A DNA stretch of 39,422 nt, from positions 1 through 39,422 of the forward strand of contig NW_021831664.1 of the NCBI RefSeq assembly GCF_006345805.1. Reading direction: 5' to 3'. The notes beneath the pieces are model-generated. The model did no database searches, was not told the DNA's origin, and was given only the letters and a program-made list of their open reading frames with translations. The stretch is from Octopus sinensis (Eukaryota). Below are positions 23,334 through 34,739 of the stretch, in pieces. Made by a program: the position numbers and the translations under genes. Numbering within the stretch: position 1 is the first letter of the stretch; every line of letters begins with the position of its first letter.

Positions 23334-23587
23334 AGCTGAGTGAAATAGTAACTTAATCATTGTAAATGTTTTTGCTCCGTGGATTTTAAGTGTTAAATCA
23401 TTTAGAATGTCCTTTATTTTGAAGTTCATGAATTCATCTGACGAAAAGGGTTTCTTTACAATGGTGTGATGTTTTCATTAATCAATTAAAGGAGCCGTTA
23501 GAAACGGCTGTAATGGATTGACATTTGTACGTCTACTGTTACTCATTTATAAGTATCTATTTATATATCTATCTATCTATCTATCTA

Positions 23588-23628
<41 letters not shown>

Positions 23629-23644
23629 CTATCTATCTATACTA

Positions 23645-23677
<33 letters not shown>

Positions 23678-23678
23678 C

Positions 23679-23872
23679 TTTACTCTTTTACTTGTTTCAG
23701 TCATTTGACTGCGGCCATGCTGGAGCACCGCCTTTAGTCGAGCAAATCGACCCCGGGACTTATTCTTTGTAAGCCCAGTACTTATTCTATCGTTCTCTTT
23801 TGCCGAACCGTTAAGTGACGGGGACGTAAACACACCAGCATCGGTTGTCAAGCAATGCTAGGGGGACACACA

Positions 23873-23944
<72 letters not shown>

Positions 23945-24113
23945 TATATACAACAGGCTTCTTTCAGTTTCCGTCTACCAAATCCACTCACAAGGCATTG
24001 GTCGGCTCGGGGCTATAGCAGAAGACACTTGCCCAAGATGCCACGCAGTGGGACTGAACCTGGAACCATGTGGTTGGTTAGCAAGCTACTTACCACACAG
24101 CCACCCCTGCGCC
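23679..24113 (-). mobile_element. SINE family 1, full length
   Basis: Matches the family consensus seen across the window. Confidence 0.9.
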
Positions 24114-24217
24114 TATGTATATCTATCTATCCATCTATTTATCTATCTATCTATTTCTATCTATCTATATCCATGTATATCTATCTATCTGCTTATATAT
24201 ATATATATATATATATA

Positions 24218-24619
24218 GGCGCAGGAGTGGCTGTGTGGTAAGTAGCTTGCTAACCAACCACATGGTTGCGGGTTCAGTCCCAGTGCGTGGCATCTTGGGC
24301 AAGTGTCTTCTGCTATAGCCCCGGGCCGACAATGCCTTGTGAGTGGATTGGTAGACGGAAACTGAAAGAAGCCTGTCGTATATATGTATATAAATATATG
24401 TATGTGTGTGTGTTGGTGTATCTGTGTTTGTTCCCCTAGCATTGGCTTGACAACCGATGGCTGGTGTGTTTACGTCACCGTCACATAGCGGTTTGGCAAA
24501 AAGAGACGATTAGAATAAGTACTGGGCTTACAAAAAGAATAAGTCCCGGTCGAGTTGCTCGACTAAAGGCGGTTGCTCCAGCATGGCCGCAGTCAAATGA
24601 CTGAAACAAGTAAAAGAGT
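24218..24619 (+). mobile_element. SINE family 1, full length, head-to-head with the previous copy
   Basis: Head GGCGCAGGAGTGGCTGTGTGG (A box) and GGTTCAGTCC (B box); CCTTGGGCAAG-type CORE-like motif. Confidence 0.9.
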
Positions 24620-24633
24620 GTAAAGAGAGAGAG

Positions 24634-24705
<72 letters not shown>

Positions 24706-24712
<7 letters not shown>

Positions 24713-25082
24713 ATTAGAGATAAAACCACTATTAGGCAAATCATACATGAAAAACTTAAGCCAATACATAAGATAATTAATTTATATTATTTAAATATAT
24801 ATCAAAGTTATTAAAAAAGATAATTAATATAACACTACGATCATTTCATGGCTGTTAATTTCTTTAAATTTTCGAGTTACAGTCATTCTTCAGGTGGTTT
24901 ACATATTTAACTTGGCGAGGTTTAATCAATGCAGCCATGAAACGATCGTAGTGTTATATTAATTATCTTTTTTAATAACTTTGATATATATTTAAATAAT
25001 ATAAATTAATTAATCTTATGTATTGGCTTAAGTTTTTCATTGTATGATTTGCATAATAGTGGTTTTATCTCTAATTTAATAT
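24706..25082. mobile_element. PLE-type fold-back fragment with arms of about 150 bp
   Basis: 24706-24854 is the reverse complement of 24932-25082. Confidence 0.8.
24831..24899 (-). ncRNA. Type I hammerhead with a canonical core and long stem II
   Basis: Minus strand: aaccac CUGAAGA augacugu...acagccau GAA AUGAUCGU A guguu. The right arm preserves the palindromic ACGAUCGU version of stem III. Confidence 0.75.
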
Positions 25083-25175
25083 AATTTAATATTTTACTAT
25101 AAAATTGGATTCAATCCTAAATCTGATTTTTCCCTGTAAGTTTGGATTTATTCCCTAATATTATATATACATATA

Positions 25176-27748
25176 GATGTGCTGGGGGCTTCCATGGCGT
25201 GCATGGAGGCTACGGTTATGGTTCCCGCAACGAGGAGGGAACCAGGCTGCTGGAGTTCTGCGATGCGAATAGTCTTATGGTTTGTAACACTAACTTCAGG
25301 AAACCGACAAGCCACCTGGTCACCTACCGATCGGGCCGGCATACTAGCCAAATCGACTACATCCTTGCCAGAAAAAGGGAAAGATGGCTGCTTATAAATG
25401 CCAAAACCTTCCCAGGCGAAGAATGCACCCCACAACATAGACTGGGAGTAGTGACTTTAGGATCAGGACTAAGAGGGCGACTAGAAGACGACCAACATGG
25501 AGAAGAAGGGTCTGGAAGCATAAAGACCCTGCGAATGGACAGAGATTTAGAGATATGTTATTTGAAGCCTTAGACGAAATGGAAGGGAGTATAGCTACGC
25601 ATGGGGTAGAAGACAACTAGACGCTTCTGAGGGACAATCTGCTGAAAGCCGCTGACCAGATCTGTGGCTGGTGCAAAGTCCCCTTAAGACCCAAAATAAC
25701 ATGGTGGTGGAACAATATTGTTGACAGGGCTATTAGACAAAAGAAACAGGCTTGGAAGGCCTGGAAGAACGGTGGTAGCAGGGAAGTGTATCAGACTGCC
25801 AGAAGGGAAGCCAGGAGACAGGTCTATCTAGCCAGAGGGGAGGCAGATAAGGAAAAATTTGCCAATGTCCTGCGCAGTGAGGATGAAAGACTTGAGGTAT
25901 TTCGTGTTGCAAGACAGTGTGTGAGAGAGAATCGTGACGTACGTGGTAGGAGAGAAGTGTGTTCGCAAGGATGACGGTTCACTTGCGCTAAATGAGGATG
26001 CAAAGAGAGAGGCTTGGAGACGCCACTATGAAAGGTTGCTGCTGAATGAAGAAAATGAATGGGATAAAGAGAGTCTGCCGAATGTCGACCCAACAGAGGG
26101 ACCAGCAATCCGAGTTAACAGTTCCTTAGTAGATAAGGCAATTAGAAGCATGAAAACAGGGAAAGCCCCAGGCCCATCAGGATTACTGCAGAGATGCTCA
26201 AAATATCTGGTGGTGTCGGCTATAGCTTAGTCACCCGTATAGTTAACCAGGTGATACACGAGGGAGTCATCCAATGACTGGTGTAGCAGCATAATAGTCA
26301 ACTGCTACAAAGGTAAAGGCGACGCCCTAGATACAAATAACTACAGAGGCATCAAGCTGCTGGATCAGGTAATGAAGGTTACGGAGAGGGTTATAGCCCA
26401 ACTAATTAGAGAGAGTGTTAGCTTAGATGATATGCAGTTTGGGTTCGTGCCAGGGAAAAGTACTACTGATGCTATATTCCTGGTAAGACAGCTGCAGGAG
26501 AAATACCTAGCCAAAGACAAGCCTTTGTACCTGGCTTTTGTTGACTTGGAGAAAGCCTTTGACAGGGTCCCCCGATCCCTTATCTGGTGGTCAATGAGGA
26601 AACTAGGGATAGATGAATGGTTAGTGAGAGCTGTGCAAGCCATGTACAGAGACGCTGCTAGTAAGGTGAGGGTTGGCAACGAGTACAGTGAAGAATTCGG
26701 GTAGAGGTTGGGGTCCACCAAGGTTCAGTCCTCAGTCCCCTCCTATTTATCATAGTCCTCCAGGCAATAACGAGGAATTCAAGACAGGATGCCCCTGGGA
26801 GCTCCTCTATGCTGATGACCTTGCTCTAATTGCTGAGTCACTATCAGAACTGGAGAAGTTTCAGGTGTGGAACAAGGATTAGAATCGAAGGGCCTTAGAA
26901 TCAACCTAGCCAAACAAAGTCCTAATAAGTAGGAAGGTGGACCAATCACAAACGACTTCAGGTAGATGGCCCTGCTCGATCTGTAAAAAAGGTGTAGGTA
27001 GAAACTCTATAAGGTGCACCAAGTGTAAGCTATGGACACATAAGAGTGCAGCAATGTCAAAGGAAGGCTAACTAGGAAAATAGTTTTTGTCTGTGGCAGA
27101 GCTCAGGAGCAATAAACACTGGAAATGTGCAGAGACCAACTTCTACCACGTTCCAGGGAGACAAACTAGAAGTAGTTGATAGCTTCCGCTACCTAGGAGA
27201 CCAAGTCAGTAGCGGGGGTGGGTGTGCTGAAGTGTAACTGCTAGAGTAAGAATAGCTTGGGCAAAGTTTAGAGAGCTCTTACCCTGCTGGTGACAAAAGG
27301 CCTCTCACTCAGAGTAAAAGGCAGACTGTATGATGCTGTGTACGTACAGCATGCTACATGGTAGTGAAACATGGGCCGTGACTGCTGAGGATATGCGTAA
27401 GCTTGCAAGAAATGAAGCCAGTATGCTCCGATGGATGTGTAATGTCAGTGTTCATAATCGTCAGAGTGTAAGTACCTTGAGAGAAAAGTTGAACCTAAGA
27501 AGCGTCAATTGTGGTGTGCAAGAGAGACGGCTGCGCTGGTATGGTCATGTGACGAGAATGGCTGTAGATAGTTGTGTGCAAAAGTGCTACACCCTAGCAG
27601 TTGAGGGAACCTGTGGAAGAGGTAGACCCAGGAAAACTGGGACAAGGTGGTGAAGCACGACCTTCGAACTTTAGGTCTCACCAAGGAAATGACTAGAGAC
27701 CGAGACCTATGGAAGTATGCTGTGCGTGAGAAGACCCGGCAAGAGTAG
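25176..27748 (+). pseudogene. RTE ORF, disrupted by several frameshifts and at least one nonsense codon (TAG near 25618)
   Basis: Pieces appear in different frames of the ORF track (25142, 25934, 26372, 26673, 27330). Confidence 0.9.
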
Positions 27749-29745
27749 TCAGGCCATAACCCGTGGCCCCTACCTGGGACGTAGTCAGTCCACCTGTGCA
27801 TACCTTCCTTCTTGTGACACTTGTGAAGACCTGTTGAGGCAAGTGAAAGTGAAAATCAAAATAAAATAGATGATCATCAATGGAATTTGTATCTTGTTAC
27901 CAGTGCTGGTGGCACACAAGAGAAAACATCCGAACGTGGCCGTAGCCAGTACCGCATCGACTGGCCTCCGTGCTTGGGCACATAGCAAACACCATCCGAT
28001 CGTGGCCGTTCGCCAGCCTCATCTGGCACCTGTGTCGGTGGCACATAAAGACACCATCCGAAGACCCGGCAAGACTAGTCAGGCCATACCCGTGGCCCCT
28101 ACCTGGGACGTAGTCAGTTCACCTGTGCATACCTCCCTTCTTGTGACACTTGTGAAGACCTGTTGAGGCAAGTGAAAATCAAAACAAATCAAAATAGATG
28201 AATATCAATGGAATTTGTATCTTTGTGGTACCAGTGCCGGTGGCACACAAGAAAACCATCCGAACGTGGCCGTAGCCAGTACTGCATCGACTGGCCTCCG
28301 TGCTGTGGGCACGTAACAAACACCATCCGATCGTAGCCGTTCGCCAGCCTCATCCGGCACCTGTGTCGGTTGCACATAAAAACACCATCCGAAGACCCGG
28401 CAAGACTAGGCACCTGTGTCGGTGGACAATAAAAACACCATCCGAAGACCCGGCAAGACTAGTCAGGCCATAATCCGTGGCCCCAACCTGGGACGTAGTC
28501 AGTCCACCTGTGCATACCTTCCTTCTTGTGACACTTGTGAAGACCTTTTGAGGCAAGTGAAAGTGAAAATCAAAATAAAATAGATGAACATCATGGAATT
28601 GTATCTTTATGGTACCAGTGCCGGTGGCACACAAGAAAACCATCCGAACGTGGCCGTAGCCAGTACCGCATCGACTGCCTCCGTGCTGTGGGCACGTAAC
28701 AAACACCATCCGATCATGTCCGTTCGCCAGCCTCATCAGAACCTGTGTCGGTGGCACAAAAAACACCATCTGAAGACCCGGCAAGACTAGTCAGGCCATA
28801 ACCCGTGCCCCTACTGGGACGTAGTCAGTCCGCCTGTGCATACCTTCCTTCTTGTGACACTTGTGAAGACCTGTTGAGGCAAGTGATCAAATCAAAACAA
28901 ATCAAAATAGATGAACATCAATGGAATTTGTATCTTTGTGGTACCAGGGCCGGTGGCACACAAGATAACCATCCGAACATGGCCGTAGCCAGTACCGCAT
29001 TGACTGGCCTCTGTGCTGTGGGCTCATAACAAACACCATCCGATCGTGGCCGTCGCCAGCCTTATCTGGCACCTGTGTCGGTGGCACATAAAAACACCAT
29101 CCGAAGACCCGGCAAGACTAGTCGCCATAACCGTGGCCTCTACTTGGGACGTAGTCAGTTCACCTGTGCTACCTTCCTTTGTGACACTTGTGAAGACCTG
29201 TTGAGACAAGTGATCAAATCAAATCAAATCAAAATAGATGAACATCAATGGAATTTGTATCTTTGTGGTACCAGTGCCGGTGGCACAAAGAAAACCATCC
29301 GAACGTGGCCATAGCCAGTACCGCATCGACTGGCCTCCGTGCTGTGGGCACGTAACAAACACCATCCATCTGGCACCTGTGTCGGAGGCACATAAAAAAC
29401 ATCATCCGAAGACCCGGCAAGACTAGTCAGGCCATAACGTGGCCCCTACCTGGGACGTTGTCAGTTCACCTGGCATACCTTCCTTCCTTCTTGTGACACT
29501 TGTGAAGACCTGTTGAGGCAAGTGAAAATCAAATCAAATCAAATCAAAATAGATGAACATCAATGGAATTTGTATCTTTGTGGTACCAGTGCCGGTGGCA
29601 CACAAGAAAACCATCCGAATGTGGCCGTAGCAGTACCGCATCGACTGGCCTCCGTGCTGTGGGCACGTAAGAAACACCATCCGATCGTGGCCGTTCGTCA
29701 GCCTCGTCTGGCACCTGTGTCGGTGGCACATAAAAACACCATCCG
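27730..29745 (+). repeat. Six tandem copies (about 305-331 bp) of the RTE ORF end plus proximal 3' UTR, and one 53-bp deleted unit
   Basis: GAAGACCCGGCAAGA starts at 27730, 28060, 28391 (short), 28444, 28772, 29103 and 29408. Confidence 0.95.
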
Positions 29746-30357
29746 AGCGTGGCCGTTCGCCAGCCTCGTCTGGCACCTGTGTCGGTGGCACATAAAATCA
29801 CCCACTACACTCTCGGAGTGGTTGGCGTTAGGAAGGGCATCCAGCTGTAGAAACACTGCCAGATCTGACTGGACTGGTGCAGCCTTCGGGCTCCCCAGAC
29901 CCCAGTTGAACCGTCCAACCCATGCTAGCATGGAAAGCGGACGTTAAATGATGATGATGATGATGATGATGATATATATATATATATATATATATAAGAT
30001 AAGAAATGGAGCAATAATTAACAATGGGAAGTTTATCATTGATATTAAAAAGCCATTATTTAATTGTAGTTCGGAATCATTCACAGCTGTTTCTGTTTAT
30101 AAAATCGGAGTATTTTTTACATTTACAACACATCTTCAGAATGATTTTAGATGGAAAAGAAAGGTGTAAATGACCATGGGAAGCAAAGGTGACGCGAGTG
30201 GCTCCTTTGCACATCACACAGTTGATACAATATATATGAAAAGAATACATGAGTATAAGTGCCAAAGGGAAAAGAGAGACACAACCGGGTAGAATGTTTG
30301 AGAGAAGATTTCATTCATAGGTTAACATGTGTGTCTGTGTGTGCATCATATATCTCT

Positions 30358-30643
30358 ATATCATCACGTGACCGACCAGTCCATCAGATGTTGCTACACA
30401 TCGCTGGTCACAATGCGTTCGCATTGTTTTGGCCTTCGGATGACGCCACCCCGCTGGCTAAGCGAGCAGGCCAACAGAAGGAAGAGTGGGTGAAAAAGTG
30501 GTGAAAGAGTACAGCAGGGATCACCACCATCCCCTACCGGAGCCTCGTGGAGCTTTTTTAGGTGTTTTCGCTCAATAAACACTCACAACGCCCGGTCTGA
30601 TAATCGAAACCGCTGCCCTAACCACTAGGCCATTGCGCCTCCA
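30358..30643 (-). mobile_element. tRNA-derived SINE, family 4, with an internal deletion in the head
   Basis: Minus-strand head GGAGGCGCAATGGCCTAGTGGTTAGGGCAGCG. Confidence 0.7.
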
Positions 30644-30645
30644 CA

Positions 30646-30693
<48 letters not shown>

Positions 30694-30730
30694 ATATATA
30701 TATATAGATATATATATATATATATAATAT

Positions 30731-31346
30731 ATATTATAAAAGGCAAAATGTCTGTGTGTGTGTGTGTATATATCCTTTATACAAATCCACAATTTTTCAG
30801 TTAGAGGGCTCGCACTTTCTATGGTCATTCAAAACCGTCCAAGGGTGGTCGTGCACATCTTTACATTTTCCCAGTCACCCCACAAACCTCTCTATATATA
30901 AACGGCAAAATGTCTGTCTGCGTGTGTGTTCTTTATACAAATCCACAAGTTTTCAGTTAGAGGGTTCGCACTTTCTATGGTCATTCAAAACTGTCCAAGG
31001 GTGGTCGTGCACATCTTTACATTTCCCCAGTCACCCCGCAAATCTCTCTATATATAAACGGCAAAATGTCTGTGGGTGTGTCCTTTATACAAATCCACAA
31101 TTTTTCAGTTAGAGGGTTCGCACTTTCTATGGTCATTCAAAACCGTCCAAGGGTGGTCATGCACATCTTTACATTTCTCCAGTCACCCCACAAATCTCTC
31201 TATATATAAACAGCAAAATGTCTGTGGGTGTGTCCTTTATACAAATCCACAATTTTTCAGTTAGAGGGTTCGCACTTTTTATGGTCATTCAAAACCGTCC
31301 AAGGGTGGTCGTGCACATCTTTACATTTCCCCAGTCACCCCGCAAA
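30731..31346 (+). repeat. Four tandem units of about 152-160 bp resembling a Helitron 5' end
   Basis: Units start TCTATATATAAAC(G/A)GCAAAATGTCTGT at 30891, 31047 and 31199; the first starts near 30731. Confidence 0.7.
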
Positions 31347-31574
31347 GCCATTAAAAAATCAATAGAAGTGACTTTTTTGTGAATTTTCTATCCAAAACCC
31401 AATCAAAATGCCCAAAACTTGATACGCCAATTGAATGCCAGCTAGCTGTATGTGATTGGTCAGAGATTTGGACAGTACTCGCGTGTATGTGCGCATGCAC
31501 GCAGCTGTACATAATAATAGACAGGCCGTCATGTATACATAATGTGTATGTGTGTGCATTAAGTACACCGCCAT

Positions 31575-31808
31575 TCGGTGTTGCTACATAATTTTACTTC
31601 ACAAATACTTTTTAGGAATTGACATTTGGTGCATGAGAGAGTTTGATGCAGCTGCCCTCATCTGCAGCTGCCCTCATCTGCACCTCCTGCTGTGAAGTTG
31701 GTTCATCTGGGACACCTGACAAGAAGAGATCCAGTTTTATTTTAAAGACATCTGCATCCACCCCATGCAGGTCTGTCAGGTCCTTCAGGAGGATATTGAA
31801 GAGCTGTG
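31575..31808 (-). mobile_element. CR1/L2-group LINE 3' end, second family
   Basis: Matches 32166-32385. Confidence 0.8.
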
Positions 31809-31814
31809 TCTATA

Positions 31815-31851
<37 letters not shown>

Positions 31852-31934
31852 TTTTTATTATTTATTTTTATTTTATCTAGTTTCAACTCACGAGCTGTGG
31901 CCATGCTGGGGCACCGCTATTTGGTGTTGCTAAA

Positions 31935-32165
31935 GGCGGCGAGCTGGCAGAAACATTAGCACGTCGGACGAAATGCGTAGCCGTATTTCATCTGCCGTTA
32001 CGTTCTGGGTTCAAATTCTGCCGAGGTCGACTTTGCCTTTCATCTTTTTGGGGTCGATAAATTAAGTACCAGTTACGCACTGGGGTCGATGTTATCAACT
32101 TAATCTGTTTGTCTGTCTTTGTTTGTCCCCTCTATGTTTAGCTCCTTATGGGTAGTAAAGAAATA
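31935..32165 (+). mobile_element. SINE family 3, full-length monomer with a 15-bp TSD
   Basis: TATTTGGTGTTGCTA at 31918-31932 and 32166-32180. Confidence 0.9.
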
Positions 32166-32505
32166 TATTTGGTGTTGCTACATGATTTTACTTCACGAAT
32201 GTTTTTTAGGAATTGACATTTGGTGCATGAGAGAGTTCGATGCAGCTGCCCTCATCTGCACCTCCTGCTACAAAGTTGGTTCATCTGGGACACTTGACAG
32301 GAAGCGGTCCAGCTTTATTTTAAAGACATCCGCATCCACCCCATGCAGGTCTGTCAGGTCCTTCGGGAGGATATTGAAGAGCTGTGGACCTCTGAAGCCC
32401 AGGCTATCGCAGTATCTTGTCCTACATCTTGATGGCAAATTTGGAGTCCTTGGCACCATGCAGTGGCGCCCAGTTCTAGTATTTTTAAAGACACGTAAAT
32501 ACCTT
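32166..32505 (-). mobile_element. CR1/L2-group LINE ORF2 C-terminus and 3' end
   Basis: TRTGRHCMVP...SLGFRGPQLFNILPKDL...FKIKLDRFLSSVPDEP. Confidence 0.8.
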
Positions 32506-32617
32506 CCTATAATTAAAAAATTAGTCCCTTTTGAGTCAGACCTCCTTAAATTAGTTACCAATGTTAGATTCCATATGTATCATTACTCCTTTCAAACTAA
32601 AATGAAATCTGATATTA

Positions 32618-33041
32618 GGCGCAGGAGTGGCCATATAGGCACAGGAATGGCTGTGTTGTAAGTAGCTTGCTAACCAACCACATGGTCCCGGGTTCAGTCC
32701 CACTGCGTGGCATCTTGGGCAAGTGTCCTCTGCTATAGCCCCGGGTCGACCAATGCCTTGTGAGTGGATTTGGTAGACGGAAACTGAAAGAAGCCTGTCG
32801 TATATATGTGTATATATATATATATACATGTGTGTGTGTCTGTGTTTGTCCCCCCTAGCATTGCTTGACAACCAATGCTGGTGTGTTTACGTCCCCGTCA
32901 CTTAGTGGTTCGGCAAAAGAGACCGATAGAATAAGTACTAGGCTTACAAAGAATAAGTCCCGGGGTCGATTTGCTCGACTAAAGGCGGTGCTCCAGCATG
33001 GCCGCAGTCAAATGACTGAAACAAGTAAAAGAGTAAAGAGT
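32618..33041 (+). mobile_element. SINE family 1 with a duplicated head start (32618 and 32638)
   Basis: Family match. Confidence 0.9.
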
Positions 33042-33179
33042 ATTAAAAACTTTAGAAGCTCTAAAAAGAAGTTTGTATTTTTTTTCTAAGACTAATAATT
33101 TATGTTAAGTTATTAATGGTTTATATTAGTTGTTAAGGCACCATTTCCGCTAGATATTAAAAAGCTAATGTATTGTGGT

Positions 33180-33497
33180 ACAATGATATTAATGATGAGA
33201 CTAAATTCCTTGCTGAAATGCAGTAATATTGACAATAGATTAGAATACTTAGCTAAGAGAAAAGTTTTTATAACTTTAAAAGACCATAAACCTAATTTTC
33301 ATGATAAACCTAATTTACGTTTGTTAAACCCAGTGAGATCTGAAATTGAATAAGTAGCTAAAAAAATACTAACAAACATTAGTAATTAATTTAGAGAAAT
33401 TGCTGGTCTTCAACAATGGAATAAGTTTTACTGCAACAGCTAGGTATAAGAATAAGGCTAAATTCACCCAGTTTGACAAATTTTTATTCCTCGACAT
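33180..33497 (+). pseudogene. Penelope-like reverse transcriptase N-terminal fragment
   Basis: IDNRLEYLAKRKVFITLKDHKPNFHDKPNLRLLNPVRSEIE*VAKKIL...LQQWN, then after a frameshift KNKAKFTQFD..FYSS (RT motif A region). Confidence 0.75.
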
Positions 33498-33498
33498 A

Positions 33499-34035
33499 GG
33501 TGTAGGGGTGGCTGTGTGGTAAGTAGCTTGTTTACAAACACCATGGTTCCAGATTCAGTCCCACTGCATGGCACCTTGGGCAAGTGTCTTCTACTATAGC
33601 CTCGGGCTGACCAAAGCCTTGTGAGTGGATTTAGTAGACGGAAACTGAAAGAAGGCCGTTGTATATATGTATGTATATACGTATGTGTGTGTATATATTT
33701 ATGTGTCTGTGTTTGTTCCCTCCAACATCGCTTGACAACCGATGTTGGTGTGTTTACGTCCCCCCTAACTTAGCGGTTTCTGCAAAAGAGACCGATAGAA
33801 TAAGTACTAGGCTTACAAAGAATAAGTCCTGTGGTCGATTTGCTCAACTAAAGGTGGTGTTCCAGCATGGCCACAGTCAAATGACCCCAGGACTTATTCT
33901 TTGTAAGCCTAGTACTTATTCTATCGGTCTCTTTTGCCAAACCGCTAAGTTACGGGGACGAAAACACACCAGCATTGGTTGTCAAGCGATGTTGGGGGGA
34001 CAAACACAGTCAGAAACATATACACACATACATAC

Positions 34036-34071
<36 letters not shown>

Positions 34072-34274
34072 CCCTCTCTCTCTTTTGGAGAGGCACTGAG
34101 CAGCTACATGCACACATACACACACGGCAGTAACTTCCACCTACCGAATTCAATCACAAAGCTCCGGTCGGCTCGGGGCTATAGTGGAAGACACCTACCC
34201 AAAGTGCCATGCAGTGGGATTGAACCCGAAACCATGTAGCTAGGAAGCAAGCTCCCTAACCACACAGCCATGCC

Positions 34275-34275
<1 letters not shown>
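33499..34275. mobile_element. Two SINE family 1 copies fused tail-to-tail (plus 33499-33885, minus 33883-34275)
   Basis: Orientation switches at a shared GAC: CAAAT-GAC-CCCAGGAC. Confidence 0.85.
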
Positions 34276-34364
<89 letters not shown>

Positions 34365-34529
34365 TACGACAGGCTTCTTTCAGTTTCCGTCTACCAAATC
34401 CCCTCACAAGGCTTTGGTCGGCCCGAGGCTATAGTAGAAGACACTTGCCCAAGGTGCCACGCAGTGGGACTGAACCCGGAACCAAGTGGTTGGTAAGCAA
34501 GCTACTTACCACACAGCCACTCCTGCGCC
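34365..34529 (-). mobile_element. SINE family 1, head half
   Basis: Family match. Confidence 0.9.
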
Positions 34530-34539
34530 TATATAGAGG

Positions 34540-34604
34540 AAGCAAAATCCGCGAAGTCATGAATCCGCGATTGTTGAACCACGAAGTAGCGAGGGATCAC
34601 TGTA
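34540..34604. mobile_element. Tigger/pogo-type terminal fragment
   Basis: AACCACGAAGTAGCGAGGGATCACTG|TA is the reverse complement of a CAGTGATCCCTCG-type TIR with a TA target. Confidence 0.6.
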
Positions 34605-34739
34605 GCTGCTGATCTGTCTACAGTAAATTTTCTGGATGTTTCTCTCTTAGCTAAGTGTTCTAATTCATTCTTAAAATGTCTATGTTTAACAAGGAACTCC
34701 TCATAAACCTTTCCATGAGCCTAATGAGAAACTTGCATA

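Larger units (their letters stand above)
25176..29972 (+). mobile_element. 5'-truncated RTE-clade LINE (APE C-terminus, RT, C-terminal domain), reiterated 3' UTR, (GAT)n tail
   Basis: APE ...GSRNEEGTRLLEFC...TYRSG..SQIDYIL. RT QFGFVPGKSTTDAIF...AFVDLEKAFDRVPR and LLYADDL. C-terminal HGSETW and RRLRWYGHV. Stop TAG at 27746-27748. Confidence 0.95.

Noticed and set aside
25176-27748. RTE copy as an active element
   Set aside because: It is 5'-truncated within the endonuclease and has a nonsense codon plus frameshifts. Some 1-bp losses may be sequencing errors, but the truncation alone excludes autonomy.
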